From the NCBI RefSeq assembly GCF_009914755.1, contig NC_060934.1: a stretch of 64,000 nt of DNA; one strand, 5' to 3'. A model generated the notes under the pieces. The model saw only the letters and a list, made by a program, of their open reading frames with translations. It ran no database searches and was not told where the DNA came from. This stretch comes from the human T2T-CHM13v2.0 reference genome, Homo sapiens. Positions within the stretch are counted from its first letter, which is position 1, and each line of letters opens with the position of its first letter. Made by a program: the position numbers and the translations under genes. Positions 47,221-60,404 of the stretch are shown piece by piece.

Positions 47221-47374
47221 GAAGCTGGTGAACTCTACAACCGGATGCTGAAGCGTTTCCGGCAGGAGAAAGCTGTGTGGATCAAATACGGCGCCTTCCT
47301 TCTGCGGAGGAGCCAGGCTGCAGCCAGTCACCGCGTGCTGCAGCGAGCCCTGGAGTGCCTGCCTAGCAAGGAGC
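47221..47374 (+). CDS. PDCD11: PDCD11 exon 34
   Basis: cacag|GAA...GAGC|gtgagt; 154 nt. Confidence 0.93.
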
Positions 47375-47822
47375 GTGAGTGCTCATTCCCAGCTCCTGAG
47401 CCCATGAGCACTCCAGGATCGGGGAGTAGGAACTGGCTGTGGCATTGCTTCTTCTAAGTCAGGAGAGCCTTGTGAGGGCTTTCCTCTTGCTGCCTGTTGA
47501 TTCTCTGCCCCTCAGCATAACAGTGCATGTTAAATTTCAAATGTCAGGCTCCAAAAGATGGAGGAACAAAACGCAGTTAGTACTAGTTCTGTTGCCCCTG
47601 GGATCCCCCACCTCTTCTGTGCCCAGAGAGTGGTGTGTCTGCAGTGCCCATCTGTGTATTTGGCCCCAAACCCACCCCTTTTGGGTCTTTGTCCCTCTTG
47701 TCACAACCTGAGTCTTGGGACCCAAGAGCAGGGAGTCAGGTGCACGCTGACCCTGCGGAACACTGTGTTGTGGTGAGGGGGCTGTCTGCTTGTTGGGTCT
47801 CTGAGCAGTCCTCTCCCTGCAG

Positions 47823-47988
47823 ATGTGGATGTCATTGCCAAGTTTGCCCAGCTTGAGTTTCAGCTGGGGGATGCAGAGCGGGCCAAAGCCATTTTTGAGA
47901 ACACGCTGAGCACCTACCCAAAGCGCACAGATGTCTGGTCGGTCTATATCGACATGACCATCAAGCACGGCAGCCAGAAGGACGTCCG
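47823..47988 (+). CDS. PDCD11: PDCD11 exon 35
   Basis: tgcag|AT GTG...CG|gtgagt; 166 nt; [20 protein letters not shown]. Confidence 0.93.
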
Positions 47989-48683
47989 GTGAGTGGGGCA
48001 GCCGGCCAAGGCCGAGTTCCTCAGGAGAGGGCGTGGTAGGCACTGGTCCCACAGCAGCTCTCAGCATCCCAGTTCTCTTACTTGATCTAGAAAACCAGCT
48101 AGATGTGATGCCCCAGGCCCAGTGACATTCACTTCAACTCCTCTTTCTGCCTCAAAGGCCAGCATCTGGTCTGTGTCTGAAACCATTGGTAGGAGGTAGC
48201 CTTGTCAAGAGACTCGAGTTTCTCTCATAATTAACACTGTTCCTGACTCTCATTGTAGACTACTTTCACAGGCATTCTCTTGCTTTTGACCCCAGCGTCT
48301 CCACAAGACAGGGAGGGTTTAGAGATGAGTAGACTGAGGTCCAAAAAGAACAGGTGCCTCACCCAAGCCCTTCACTATGTATGTTTCTCACTGTTGTGTC
48401 CCCCATCCCAGTAGCTTTGTCTTGATCACTGTGTGGCTTTAGGCAGGGAAGTCCCTTACCATCTCTGGGTGTCCATCTGCTCATCTGGAAGATGAGGGTG
48501 GTAGTGCCTCTCCCCAAGGCATCATGGGAGTTCATCATGGATTAATAAAGATAATGGTAGAAGTGGGAGTCCTGGATGGGAGAGGGTCCTGGTTCCAGGG
48601 CTGAGAGCAAGTGGGTGAGTGCTAGGCAGGAAGCACGTGACCTGGGACTGACAGGCAAATGCCACTCTGCTTTTCCTCAACAG

Positions 48684-48855
48684 GGACATCTTTGAGCGGG
48701 TCATTCATCTGAGCTTGGCCCCCAAGAGAATGAAGTTCTTCTTCAAGCGCTACCTGGACTACGAGAAGCAGCATGGCACTGAGAAGGATGTGCAGGCAGT
48801 CAAGGCCAAGGCCCTGGAGTATGTGGAGGCCAAGAGCTCAGTGCTAGAGGCCTAG
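48684..48855 (+). CDS. PDCD11: PDCD11 exon 36 coding part to stop
   Basis: aacag|G GAC...GAG GCC TAG; total 1871 aa. Confidence 0.93.
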
Positions 48856-49578
48856 TGGCAGGCTGGCTCTGTGGGACACTGTCAACAATGGGCCAGCCCG
48901 GCCCCGCCTCGAGTGCCTGGGCACTCGGAAAACTGTTACCTCAGGACTCTATTTAAATGCTGCTTTTTCTGCAGCACGCTTGGGGAAATCCTGTCAGGAT
49001 GAAAAGGAAGTTGAGATTTTTTAAATCCCTCTTCGCTTGCTTTATTTTCAGTACCAACTTGTTATCTTTTTCCTTATCTGAGGCTACCTGGGGATTGTGG
49101 GCAGCAGGCCCCTGGACTCCCAGAAATGCTGAGGGTCCCTCTTCCAGGGGAGTTCCCTGGGGAGCAAGAGTAGAGGGGCTATTCCCGAGGGTCCTGTGGT
49201 CAGGGTCCTGCTTTGTCCCTGGCAGGCTGTCAGTCCAGCTGGAGGGGGTCAGTAGGCTCCAGGGAGTGGGCCCTCCCCTCCGATCTTGGAGTCTCTGGGT
49301 GTTCCTTCAGCCTCAGCCTCACTGGTACCTTCTGCCCTTTAGGGGAGGCTATGAGTCTGGGACAGGAGGACAAATTCAGAGCCCAGAGGGGGAAATGGAG
49401 AAACCTGGGCTGCTGAGGAAAGCCACGGGTGTTGGCGTGAACTGATGATGTCTCATCCCACGCCCACTATGGCCACATTACCTAACCTCTCCATATCTGG
49501 GCTATTCAAGGTCTTGGAGGCCAGCACAGACCCAGCTAGTTGTTGAAGCCAGTTCTTTTTTGTCTTGGTCATGAGGGA

Positions 49579-49584
49579 ATTAAA
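49579..49584 (+). terminator. PDCD11: Probable PDCD11 poly(A) signal (ATTAAA)
   Basis: The only A(A/T)TAAA hexamer I found in the ~730 nt after the stop. Confidence 0.6.
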
Positions 49585-50110
49585 CGTTTTCTCTGGCAGA
49601 GCTTTAAGTGTCCTGAGAGCTTTTCCATGGGAAATGACTGAGTCATATGCCAGGAAGCCGGACAGGGCCAAGGGAGAGCATCCAAAGGTTCTAGAGGTGG
49701 GGCGGGTGGCGGGCAGGGATGGGAGGAAGGAGAAGCTGGGGCTGGCCTGCTTCTTGGACATGAGCACTAGGTTACGAGAGCTAGTTCTGGCCTGCCCACT
49801 GAGCGCAGAATCTTCTGACTCGTGAAATTTCAGACTGTTTCCTTCTGAGAAAGGCCAGGCTTCATCTCTTCCCCACACCAAATCAGATAATAGAACCCAA
49901 CTGCAAAGAGATCATCAGCCCCAGAGCCTTCCCCTGTGTTGAACCCCTGGTACTCACTGCACCCTCCCTGCCACCCCTGTGGGCCATTTTAGTCCTGTCC
50001 CCTTCCCTAACACGGCATAGGATTTGGGCCTGGCCCTATGACCACCAGCCTGCTGTGGCATGCCCATTCAATCACACAGACACCAGGCTAGTCCTTTTAG
50101 TAAGAAAAAC

Positions 50111-50116
50111 TTTATC
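50111..50116 (-). terminator. CALHM2: Probable CALHM2 poly(A) signal (variant GATAAA)
   Basis: TTTATC on + in an AT-rich block ~340 nt past the stop; no canonical AATAAA seen on - strand. Confidence 0.45.
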
Positions 50117-50457
50117 AAAAATTTAAATATATAAAATAAGGCCAGAGGCTGCACTGGAGGCCACTTCCCAGTGGTGCACTGCTGCGCTGGGTGTCCCTAT
50201 GCAGCTAGATACATGTTAACTGCATAGAGTACCATAAAGGAGCCCACTGGTGAGCTTCACTGTCACCTGGCCCTGCTGGCTGGGGCTTCCATTGTCTACT
50301 GGGTCTGTCCACACCCCAGATTGCCTTGTGGTCCTTTCCCCTGGCCAAGAAGATAACAGTTTTTTAAAAATCCCCTTCTGATATGGATGTGAGCAAGCAG
50401 TGGGGTTCAGTTTGGGACCAAGCAGTGCCATTTACAAAGAGCATGGGAAGCACCTCC

Positions 50458-50874
50458 TTAGGAGGGGAGCAGGGCCATCTCCACGTTGTCAGGGGCCGCG
50501 CCGTTGCCTGCCAGACCCTGGGCCCACTTGTGCAGGCGGCTGTAGAGTGGGAGGCCCTGGTTCTCACGGTACAAGTAGACGCCGGTGATGGCATTCCACT
50601 GTGGCCGTGGCTGCGTGCCTTCCACTGGGAAGTTGGCAATCAGTTCCTCATCATCCTTGTTGAGCGCCACAAAGCCAAAGAAGCGGCGCACATTGTTGGC
50701 AGCGAGCACCCGAGAGTGCACCTCGGCCGTGCGCTGGAACAGCTGGTCCTCATTGGCGCGGTACTGCGCCCAGTAGGCCTCCTGGCGGTAGCTGAGTGGT
50801 GAGCAGTAATGCTTGAGGCACTTGGTCAGGAACACCAGGATGGCCACCACGCCGATGAGCAGCCATCCAAAGAG
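50458..50874 (-). CDS. CALHM2: CALHM2 last coding exon (aa 186-323; TM4 plus C-terminal helix)
   Basis: ggccag|CTC TTT GGA TGG...TCC TAA; 417 nt; LFGWLLIGVVAILVFL...MALLPS*. Confidence 0.95.
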   Translation of the reverse strand, partial: LFGWLLIGVVAILVFLTKCLKHYCSPLSYRQEAYWAQYRANEDQLFQRTAEVHSRVLAANNVRRFFGFVALNKDDEELIANFPVEGTQPRPQWNAITGVYLYRENQGLPLYSRLHKWAQGLAGNGAAPDNVEMALLPS

Positions 50875-51369
50875 CTGGCCAGAGAATGGGCACAGTTCAG
50901 GAGGGGCGAGGAACTGCCTAAGCCCTACCCCCCAGAGCGAATGGAAAAGGAGCAAGTTCTGCTTGGGTAAGAGAAGCAGGCCCTTGTGGCTGTGATTCCA
51001 TCGTTTCCTTACCCCCTTTAACTCACACTCTACTTGCGCTTAGACTTAGCCTGCGTTTTCTGCTGCCACCCCTGCAAACTTAAGAGCACCTCCTTCCCCT
51101 GCCATCATCTCAGGCCATCAAAACCCAGCTCAACCTGCCAGGCTCAGCTCAGATGCCACCTCTGGGAAGGCTTCAAAGGCCCCTCTGGGAGCACTTGTGC
51201 CTTTTCTGAATCTCCCGTGGCCTGGTTCCTCTCATCACCATCTGCCTTGTTTGGAGGTCACACATGTGCTTGTCTGAAATGCTTGGAGGGCAAGGACAGG
51301 CAAGGTCATCCTTGTTTCACCACTTGCTCCTGTACAGAGATCTGGGGGCATTTGATCAGCATCAAATAA

Positions 51370-52077
<708 letters not shown>

Positions 52078-52692
52078 TCACCCCCTGCTTCTCTAAGTTA
52101 ACACTTGCAGCTGAGATTTTCTGCTACTTCCCAGTTCTCTTCCCTTGCCCTCTGTCCCTTGACCAACCTCCTCTCCTTCAGAGCCCAGCTAAGGCTCAGG
52201 ACGGCAACTGCATCTTCCTGACTCAACACTCCATCCTGACCCAAGGGACTCCCCTTAGGTCAGCAACACTTGAGGCTGACTCAGTGCTTGGCTGGGCCCT
52301 TCCTGGGATAGGAATGTGTTCATCCCCAGAGCCAGCCACACTCCACTGTCAAGGGCCCATGCTCAATCTGGCTGGGGTAAGGGGCTTATCTGTGATTGCA
52401 ATTAAGGCCCAGACTGAGCCAGAAGAATGTTCCTTTAATGTTTAAAACTAATTTGGTCATATACAACTGAGATTTACAGTAAAAAAAAAAATTGATAAAA
52501 CTGTCTTATTTGTGTCTGGAACTGGCCCTTGCCCCACCATGCACCAGTTAACCAGCCCTGATACCTAACGCTAGTGCTTTCCCACAGACCTCAGCCCCTG
52601 AGGACCAACCCCAGCTTTAGCACTAGGCCATCCCCGGACCTCTCACCAGCCACCACTAGGGAAGAGGAGCTTCCCTTTGCACAGCTCCTTAC

Positions 52693-53247
52693 CTGGGACT
52701 CATACCTGAGCCTGCGGCTGACCTCCTCCCGGAAGTCTGACAGGTTGTCAGGGTTCTCCTTGCAGGGGAACCTGGCCAGGATTTCAGTGGCGTGGGCTGA
52801 TGGGAAGTGCTCTTCCCTGGCCGTGAGTGAGGAAGGGTCCACGAACTCACTGAGAGCACAGACATAAGCCTCACCACGCAGCAGGGAGATGACAGACCAG
52901 GTGACAGGGGCCACAGCCGCACGTCCCAGGATGGAGCTTAGAAGGAGGAAGGTGGGGGCGGCGGAGCAGTTCTTGGTCCTCCGGTGCTGGCACTCGGCCA
53001 CGAGGTTCCAGGTGTGGTTGTTGAGGATGATGCCAATGATGAAGAGCACCAGGGCGGGCACGCCGATGGCCGCCAGCCCGTACAGGTAGTTCCGGGCCGG
53101 CGAGCAGGGGCAGTGGAAGGCCACCACAGAGAACAGCTCCTGGCTGCCCACCGTGCCCAGTGCCACCAGGCCGTTGAAAATCATCACATCCTTGCTCTTG
53201 AAGAAAAGTGACAGGAAGCGGAAGTTCTCTGCGATCAGGGCTGCCAT
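52693..53247 (-). CDS. CALHM2: CALHM2 first coding exon (aa 1-185; exon probably starts at 53405)
   Basis: gccATGG Kozak; MAALIAENFRFLSLFFKSKD...FHCPC (CALHM F-x-C-P-C motif)...YESQ|gtaagg; 555 nt; total 323 aa. Confidence 0.95.
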
Positions 53248-54388
53248 GGCGATAGTCGTGGCGGGGTGGATTGCAGGAGAGGAGGCAGGAGGAGACGGGA
53301 TTGATGGTTGCTGGTGGTACTAGGAAGGGGCACAGGCTGGGAGGCGCTGGACGGCAGGGTGTGGTTGTGCTATTTTATCCCCAGCTGTGGTTGGCCTGGT
53401 GTTTCCTGTGGAGCAGATGACCGATAAGTGTTTCCCTCTGAAAACCAGGAGTTGAGGAAGATGCTAGTGTGGACAGGCTGGGGAGAAAGGAAGGACCATA
53501 GGGCCCCAGGGAAGTGACAGTTGCCACTGTTCACTGAGTTCCTCCAGGGTGCATGGCACCCCTCATTTCCCATCCTCACAGTCCCACGTTGAGCTGTGTG
53601 CCCGCCGTGCACTAGGGAAAGTGAAGGCTTCCTGAGGACGAGTGGCTCGCCAGGGTCACAGATGAGAGGCAGACTGAGATTCAAGCTTGGGTGACCTGCC
53701 TCAAATGCTTAGGTTCTTTTTGCCACCACGAGCTTCTCCTGGGGTAGGGCTTGGGGGTGGCCCATGGTGCTAATGCATGTGGGGTGCTGACCGGCTTTCC
53801 CTCTGGGAGTCCAGGTGGCGCATATTAGCAGAGGGGCCAGGGACTCCTTGGATCCAGGGCGTGTCCTTAGGGTCTCAGCCTTGAGGGTGTAAAAGCTAAA
53901 GTGAGTGTCCGGGTGGATAAGGGACTTGGATAGGATCCTGCCGTGTGGGCTGGGGTGGGTACAGCAAGATGCCAGAATCCCTGGAGTTCGCAAGGACATT
54001 ATCTTTTTGGAGACCTCAGGGTCTGATCACACTTCATGACTGTTCTCTGGGCCTCAGATTCCTCATCAGTGAAAAGAGGATAAATCATCCTGAGCCTTGC
54101 TCTTTCCTAGGGATGTTGGAGGGAAAGAAAAGAATAAAAGATGCCTGATTGTGCTCTGCGTGAAACTCTCCATCTCTTCCACCCTGTCTTGTCTTTGGGG
54201 TGGGGACGATTCTCCTGCCTGCAAAGATCAGGGAACTGAGACCTGAAGAGGATAAAGTGCCTTGCTGAGGCCCAAGAAATACAGAGGTGCCACAGCAGGA
54301 CCTCTAACCACAACCTAAGGAGACTTGGGAAGTGGATAAGGGTGATTCTGCACTAAGTGAACCCTCTTTTTTTCTGTCTCCTACTGAC

Positions 54389-54668
54389 CTTGCCGTGTCC
54401 ATCCACGGGTGTCCCGAAGAACCTCCTCTTCCGCAGCCGTGACCCCTCTCCTATCCAGCAGCCTCCCAGCAGCTCCGCTCCACCCCGCCTGCCAGCAACA
54501 GGAAGCCCTGGTGAGACCAAAGGCTCAGCGGTGCCACCAGCTCATCCGGAGATTATTCTGCCTTGGTCTGGGCTGTAGCGACGCTGGCAACCTGCCGGGA
54601 AGTGGCCATGGCCTCGGGCAACAGCGAAGTTTAGCCCAACTCCCTTCCCAGCCTCCACCCACACAAGC
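54389..54668 (-). other. CALHM2: Candidate CALHM2 non-coding 5'UTR exon
   Basis: Acceptor ctgtctctcag| and donor AAG|gtcagt on - strand; boundaries inferred only from splice motifs. Confidence 0.45.
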
Positions 54669-54950
54669 CTGAGAGACAGGCCAGGGTGTGGCCCCATGTC
54701 CTCCCCCTCTGGAGGGTGAAAAACAAAACTCCCCAGGCCAGAGGAAGCCAGGGAGTGGAGGGATGGGGTGAGCGCCAAACACAGACCTAGCCCTGTTCCC
54801 TTCCATGCTTCATGGAGGGATCACCCCTTCTAGATCACCCCTTCTGTCCCTGCCAAGGAAGGCTGCCAGATGGGCTCAGGCAGAGCCATGTGGCCATGCA
54901 GACTCCAAGAAAAGGAGAAGCTGGAGGAGGAGGACCAGGAGGAACAACAG

Positions 54951-54983
54951 GAGGAGGAGGAGGAGGAGGAGGAGGAGGAGGAG
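54951..54983 (+). repeat. (GAG)11 trinucleotide repeat within a purine-rich tract (54911-54983)
   Basis: Read directly from the sequence. Confidence 0.9.
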
Positions 54984-55461
54984 TCTGATTCTTCCCCCAC
55001 TTCACAGCCTGGAGCTTCCAGCCTAACTTCCTGGGAAAGGCAGTTTGCATCACTGCTGGGGAAGAATGGGTTAAAGTCAGCCCCCTTTGCCCCATCCTTT
55101 TCCCTTCTTGGCTTCTAGGCTCCTAATTAGCTCCCTGTGGAGGCCCTGGGTTCATAAACTGGCTCAAAGTGGGGTACAAGATACCTGCACAGGGTGGGTG
55201 GTGAGCAGAGGATGGGCCAGGCCATCTTCTGAGACCACTGCCCCCAGGCCAAGGATGGGTCACATCCAGACCCCCAGTGGGACCTCCTCCAACATCAGTG
55301 ACGACAGGAGACTGGCGGCTCGGGGAGGGGCAGGACTGCTCCCTGTTCAACCGGGTGGAGGGAACCTCAGCTAGGGGCCTCTCTCCCTCTGGGCAGCGTG
55401 GGACAGGCCCCACCATGCTCCGCTGACACCTGGCACACCCCAGGGAGGGCCCCTTCCTTAC

Positions 55462-55715
55462 CTGGGGCCAGCTGTGGGCACTTGTGGCCATGGCCTCCTC
55501 GGGGCCGGACTCTCCAAGTGGCCTCCAGGAGGGCGGTGCAGGGCAGCGGCGGCCTCCGCCGTTCCCTCCCGCTTTTCTTCTGCACGGGGGCCTGGGGCTG
55601 GTGGCGGCTTCAGACTAATCTAACTCCAGAAAAGAGAGAAGAAAACAGTGGGATGGAGTCTGCGCGCCAGTGAGTGGAAAAACAGCCTCCCGGCGCCACC
55701 AGGCAGAGGAGGGCG
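55462..55715 (-). other. CALHM2: Candidate CALHM2 first (non-coding) exon; TSS approximate
   Basis: Donor CAG|gtaagg at 55461-55460 on - strand, inside a CpG-rich island. Confidence 0.5.
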
Positions 55716-56060
55716 GGCCCCGAGGGCGGCGCGAGAGGAGAGGAGCCGAGAGGAAGTTGAGATGCCTGTTCTGCAGCTGCTGCGCGTCCCACCGACCCGC
55801 TGCTCGCCGTCCCTGGGCCGTGCTGGCCCTCCGCCCTCGGCCCAGACCCGGACCGGGCCATGCTCCACACCAATGGGACCAGTCGGGAGGGCCACGTGGG
55901 GATGTGGAGGCATTGGGGAGATCTGACCCAGACCTGCCCCCCATGACAGTTTCAAGAGCACCCCACGTACTTGACCCCCGCTGGGCAGAAGCTACCAAAG
56001 GAGACCCCGCGAGGGTCAAGGGAGGGTGTCGTCAGGCCCGCGCTGAGCCCTGCAGGATGC
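55480..56060. promoter_or_regulatory. CpG-island promoter of CALHM2 (GC boxes, GGAAG ETS-like site)
   Basis: Dense CpG; GGGCGG boxes near 55710-55730. Confidence 0.65.
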
Positions 56061-56710
56061 TCAGGGCCAGGGCCCCACCCTCTACTGGCCCTTCTCCCTC
56101 AGAGTTGTCCATTGACTGGACAAACCATCCCCAATGCTGACTCTTTGACCTATAGTCAGCTAACTCCCCGGGACCTGCTTCGGATCCCTGGAGGGCTGAG
56201 GATTGAATTCAGGAGCCTAGGGATTCTCCGGGTCCTGCAGGCAGAGCTCCAACTGGTGGGTGAAAGTTACAAGGAGGCAGGTTTCTGAAGGAAGCCCTGT
56301 GTAATAATCAGAGCTGCCCAGCCTGTATCTAAAAGTGGTCAAGATGCGGGCTGAAGCGTCACGGGTCAGGAATGCTGCACAGGAGAGTCTACGGACAGGC
56401 TAGATGACCCTTAGCATGGAGGGAGAGGACCCCCGACATCTGTCAGCTCTGCAGTGCTCGTGGTTCCGTCATGGTGGAGCTGCCGAGTGACCCGCTGGCC
56501 TCCCTGAGCTGGGCTTGACCATATGTACGAAGGAAAGAAAAGGTACCAAGTTCTGCTTGTTTATTTGTTTGTTTCAGATCCCAGCATGTGCTAAACACAG
56601 TCCCAGATCCTTCCCTAAAAGTTATCTTCCTCTATCCTTACCACAATCCTGAAAATCAGGTCTTTTTTAAAAAATAATTTTTTCATTTTAAAAAAATTAT
56701 AAATCTTCTC

Positions 56711-56716
56711 TTTATT
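56711..56716 (-). terminator. CALHM1: Probable CALHM1 poly(A) signal AATAAA
   Basis: TTTATT on +; first canonical hexamer I found on - after the CALHM1 stop; a second lies at 56560-56565. Confidence 0.6.
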
Positions 56717-56866
56717 CTTCTTCTTCTTCTTATTATTATTATTACTTTACAGAGACAGAGTCTTGCTATGTTGCCCAGGCTGGTCTCCAACTCCCAGGCT
56801 CAAGTGATCCTCCCTCCTTGGCCTCCCAAGTGCTGGGATTACAGGCATGAGCCACTCCGCCTGGCC
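56711..56866 (-). mobile_element. FLAM/left Alu monomer with (AAT)n(AAG)n tail at the CALHM1 3' end
   Basis: Monomer 56750-56866; degenerate tail 56711-56749. Confidence 0.8.
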
Positions 56867-58567
56867 AAGCAGGTCTTCTAATATCCATTTTATAGACAGA
56901 CACACTGAGGCTTAGAGTGGCTGGGTGACTGGCCACAAGTCCTGCAGTGCTGGTATTTGAACTCAGGTGTGCCTGACCCAAAGCTTTGCTCTTCATCACA
57001 TTTGTACCTCCTGATACCTCCGGGCCTTCTCTTCCCACTGGAAGTGCTGCCACCCACCAACATACACCTTGTTTTTTGCTCATCCTAATCCTCCCTGACT
57101 TCAGGGCCCATACCAACTCCTACCTCCTGGAAGAGCCCTCCCAGCCCACCTTGGCCCACAAAGATCTGAGCAACTCCTCCCAAATAATTAAGAGGAGGGA
57201 AACTGGACCCCAGAAGTGGGAATAGAGGGAAGGATGGATAAAAAAGGATGGAATCATGCCAAGATCAAAATGAATCCTTAGATGCTTGGGACTTATGTCT
57301 CAGAGCTGAGGGCAGTGCTGAGAAACCTATCTGTACCTCTGTTTCCTCCTCAACAAGATGGAAGCTCGAGTGTTTGTGTTGCTGTCTCATCCCTGCCCAG
57401 GGGAGGAGGAAGGAAGTCCTTAGGTTCAGAAATCAACAAATACATTAGCCACCCTGTGCTGGGTGCCTACTATGTGCCATGTGCTTTTACACACAGCAAC
57501 CCCATGATGGCGGGCCGGGGGGGCCTCATCCTCATTGTATAGATGAAGAAACGAAGGCACAGGCAGTGATGCAGCTGGCCCAGGGACAGGGTTTGTGAGT
57601 GGTAGAGACACCATTTGACCCAGTTCTGTCTCACTCTGGAATCTGAGCTGCTTTCTCTTTACACTGCTCTCCTCCACCCTCATCCCACCTGGGCTAGAGC
57701 CTTGGAGCTCCTCTTAGCCTCTTAGAACTCCATCCCCAAGAGGTGGGGTCTTTGAGAAAAATGGAGAGACTTCAGCTTCTGTGTCTAACTTCTCAAGCCT
57801 TGGGGATGGTCTGATTTCCCCTGGAGACCTGGATGTGACGGGGGTATTAAGGTGGTTTTTCAAAGACCCCTCTACAGGAGGACTTTTGTGCTTGGTTTGT
57901 GCTAAATAAACATGCAGTCCACCTGGACAATTGTCACATGACCCCCATGGTGACCACACACTCTGACCTCTTCCATGTGAACCTAGCTTCTGACATCTTG
58001 TCTCATCGCCTGTCACCCCAGGTGTGTCACACCAGGTAGGCTGTGTGTCATGTCCTTATGGACCTGCCCCGGCACACCCAGTCTCACCTACGACACGCTT
58101 GCCCAAATCAGAGGGCTCCCACTTCATGAGACGCCTGATGATTCCCACTCCCCGAGCCCGGAGCATAAAGGAAGAGAGGTACTGAACAGCCACAGACGAG
58201 GGTGGACCCTGGGGCAGGGATGTCTGTTGAACCTGGGAGGAGACAGTGAACATCAGCCTGGGAAGGGCTGGGCAGAGGGGAGCCATTGGTCCCTGTACCT
58301 GCCATGACAGTTCCGACCCCTTTAGACTAATACTGCTCATGGGCCCACTGCCCTAGGGCCATCCAGGGCAGTGTCACACCTGAAGGCATCAGATCCCCTT
58401 CCAGCTCCAAATTTCCTGCCTCCAATGGGCAGGCGAGTGCTAGGGAGTGTGGATCTGCCTAGGGGAGTACTGCCCAGCACTGAAACCCTTCCTTTTTCCA
58501 CCTGGTTTGGGGGTTGGAGGGGCTGTGGGCTCAGATCCCCGTTCCTGCCTCTTCAGCTGGCCACGCC

Positions 58568-59074
<507 letters not shown>

Positions 59075-59149
59075 TCACGGGGCACTGTCCTTGGGCCTCC
59101 GAGCCTGTTCAGACTCCCAAAGCACTCTCTATGCCAGTGCCTCTAGGGC

Positions 59150-59535
59150 AAAGAGCACAAATTGGGCAAGTGAGCTTGCCTCTTGGCCTCCATTTCCTCG
59201 TCTGTAAAATGGGCATAGAAATTGAAATAATGGAGATAGGTGCACCTCATGGAAAGAAGATCACGTGGGTAAAGCACCCACCGTGCTGGCGGGGCACCCA
59301 GGGCCCAGGAGTTAAGTGGGCAGACCCTGGAGTTAGGCTGCTTGGGTTTGAATGCTGTCTCCACTATTTACTAGTTGACCAGGAGCAAAGCACTCAACTT
59401 CTCTGTGCCTCAGTTTCCACACCTATAAAGCAGCTGGTGGTAGCACCTATCTCAGAGTGTTGTTGTGAGGACTGAATGTGATAAGCTTAGTGCAGTGCCT
59501 GGTACCCAGTGCTCAGTGACTATTAACCATTACTG
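59150..59535 (+). mobile_element. MIR remnants in CALHM1 intron
   Basis: ttgggcaagtga...tttcctcgtctgtaaaatggg; ctctgtgcctcagtttcc. Confidence 0.6.
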
Positions 59536-60081
59536 TTGTGCCAATAGGCCCTCACTTACTTACTGTGCCTCTTCTTTCAGGAAGCCTTCCTTGATCTCCC
59601 CAGGCCATAGTGGCCCATTTTCCTCTGAGTCCTGAACCTCTCCTTTGGCTCCTAGTATTGTCACCAGTGCCAAATGAGCACCTCCTCTGTGTCGGTTCTG
59701 AGCTGGGCCTTCAGGGGTCATAGAGGCGAATCAGGCAAGAAATCAAACTCTGCGCTGAAGAGCACCCTGCGCTTGGTTCCAGCTCTGCTCTGTCACCTCA
59801 CTGCAGGGCACGGGGCAGGATGCTCCCCTGGCCCACGCTTCAGGGTTAGGCCCCAGCCGCACAGAGAAGCACTTGGGCAGATCAGGACTGGGGCTGAGGG
59901 CAAGCCCAGATGCCTATGGGGCCAGGCAGGTCGTGACAGAGCACACGGGGTGGGGAGCCACTGAGCATGTGCATAGGCTGGGGGCACCCCAGCCTGTTCC
60001 AGGAGTACACGCGGGCCTGGTGGGGCTGGATTTTCTGGATTTCCAACTTGAAAATCTGATTTTTATGTGAAAAATTCCGAT

Positions 60082-60404
60082 TTTTATTTTAATCTTATTT
60101 ACTTTTTTGTTTTGAGACAGGTCTTACTCCGTTACCCAAGCCAGAGTGCAGTGGCACAATTACATTTCACTGCAGCCTTGACCTCCCAGGCTCAAGCAAT
60201 CCTCTCACTTCAGCTTCCTGTGTAGCTGGGACTACAGGCATGTGCCACCAAGCCTGGCTAATTTTTTTCTTTTCTTTTCTTTTTTGGAGACAGGGTCTCA
60301 CTATATTCCCTAGGCTGGTCTTGAACTCCTGGGCTCTAGCAATCTTCTTGCCTTGGCCTCCCAAAGTGCTGGGATTACAGACATGAGGCACATCGTACCC
60401 GGCC
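60082..60404 (-). mobile_element. AluJ-like in CALHM1 intron
   Basis: Alu consensus. Confidence 0.87.

Noticed and set aside
48957-49445. 162-aa ATG ORF in the PDCD11 3'UTR
   Set aside because: No recognisable homology, weak start context, GC-rich UTR; needs Ribo-seq or conservation before being taken seriously
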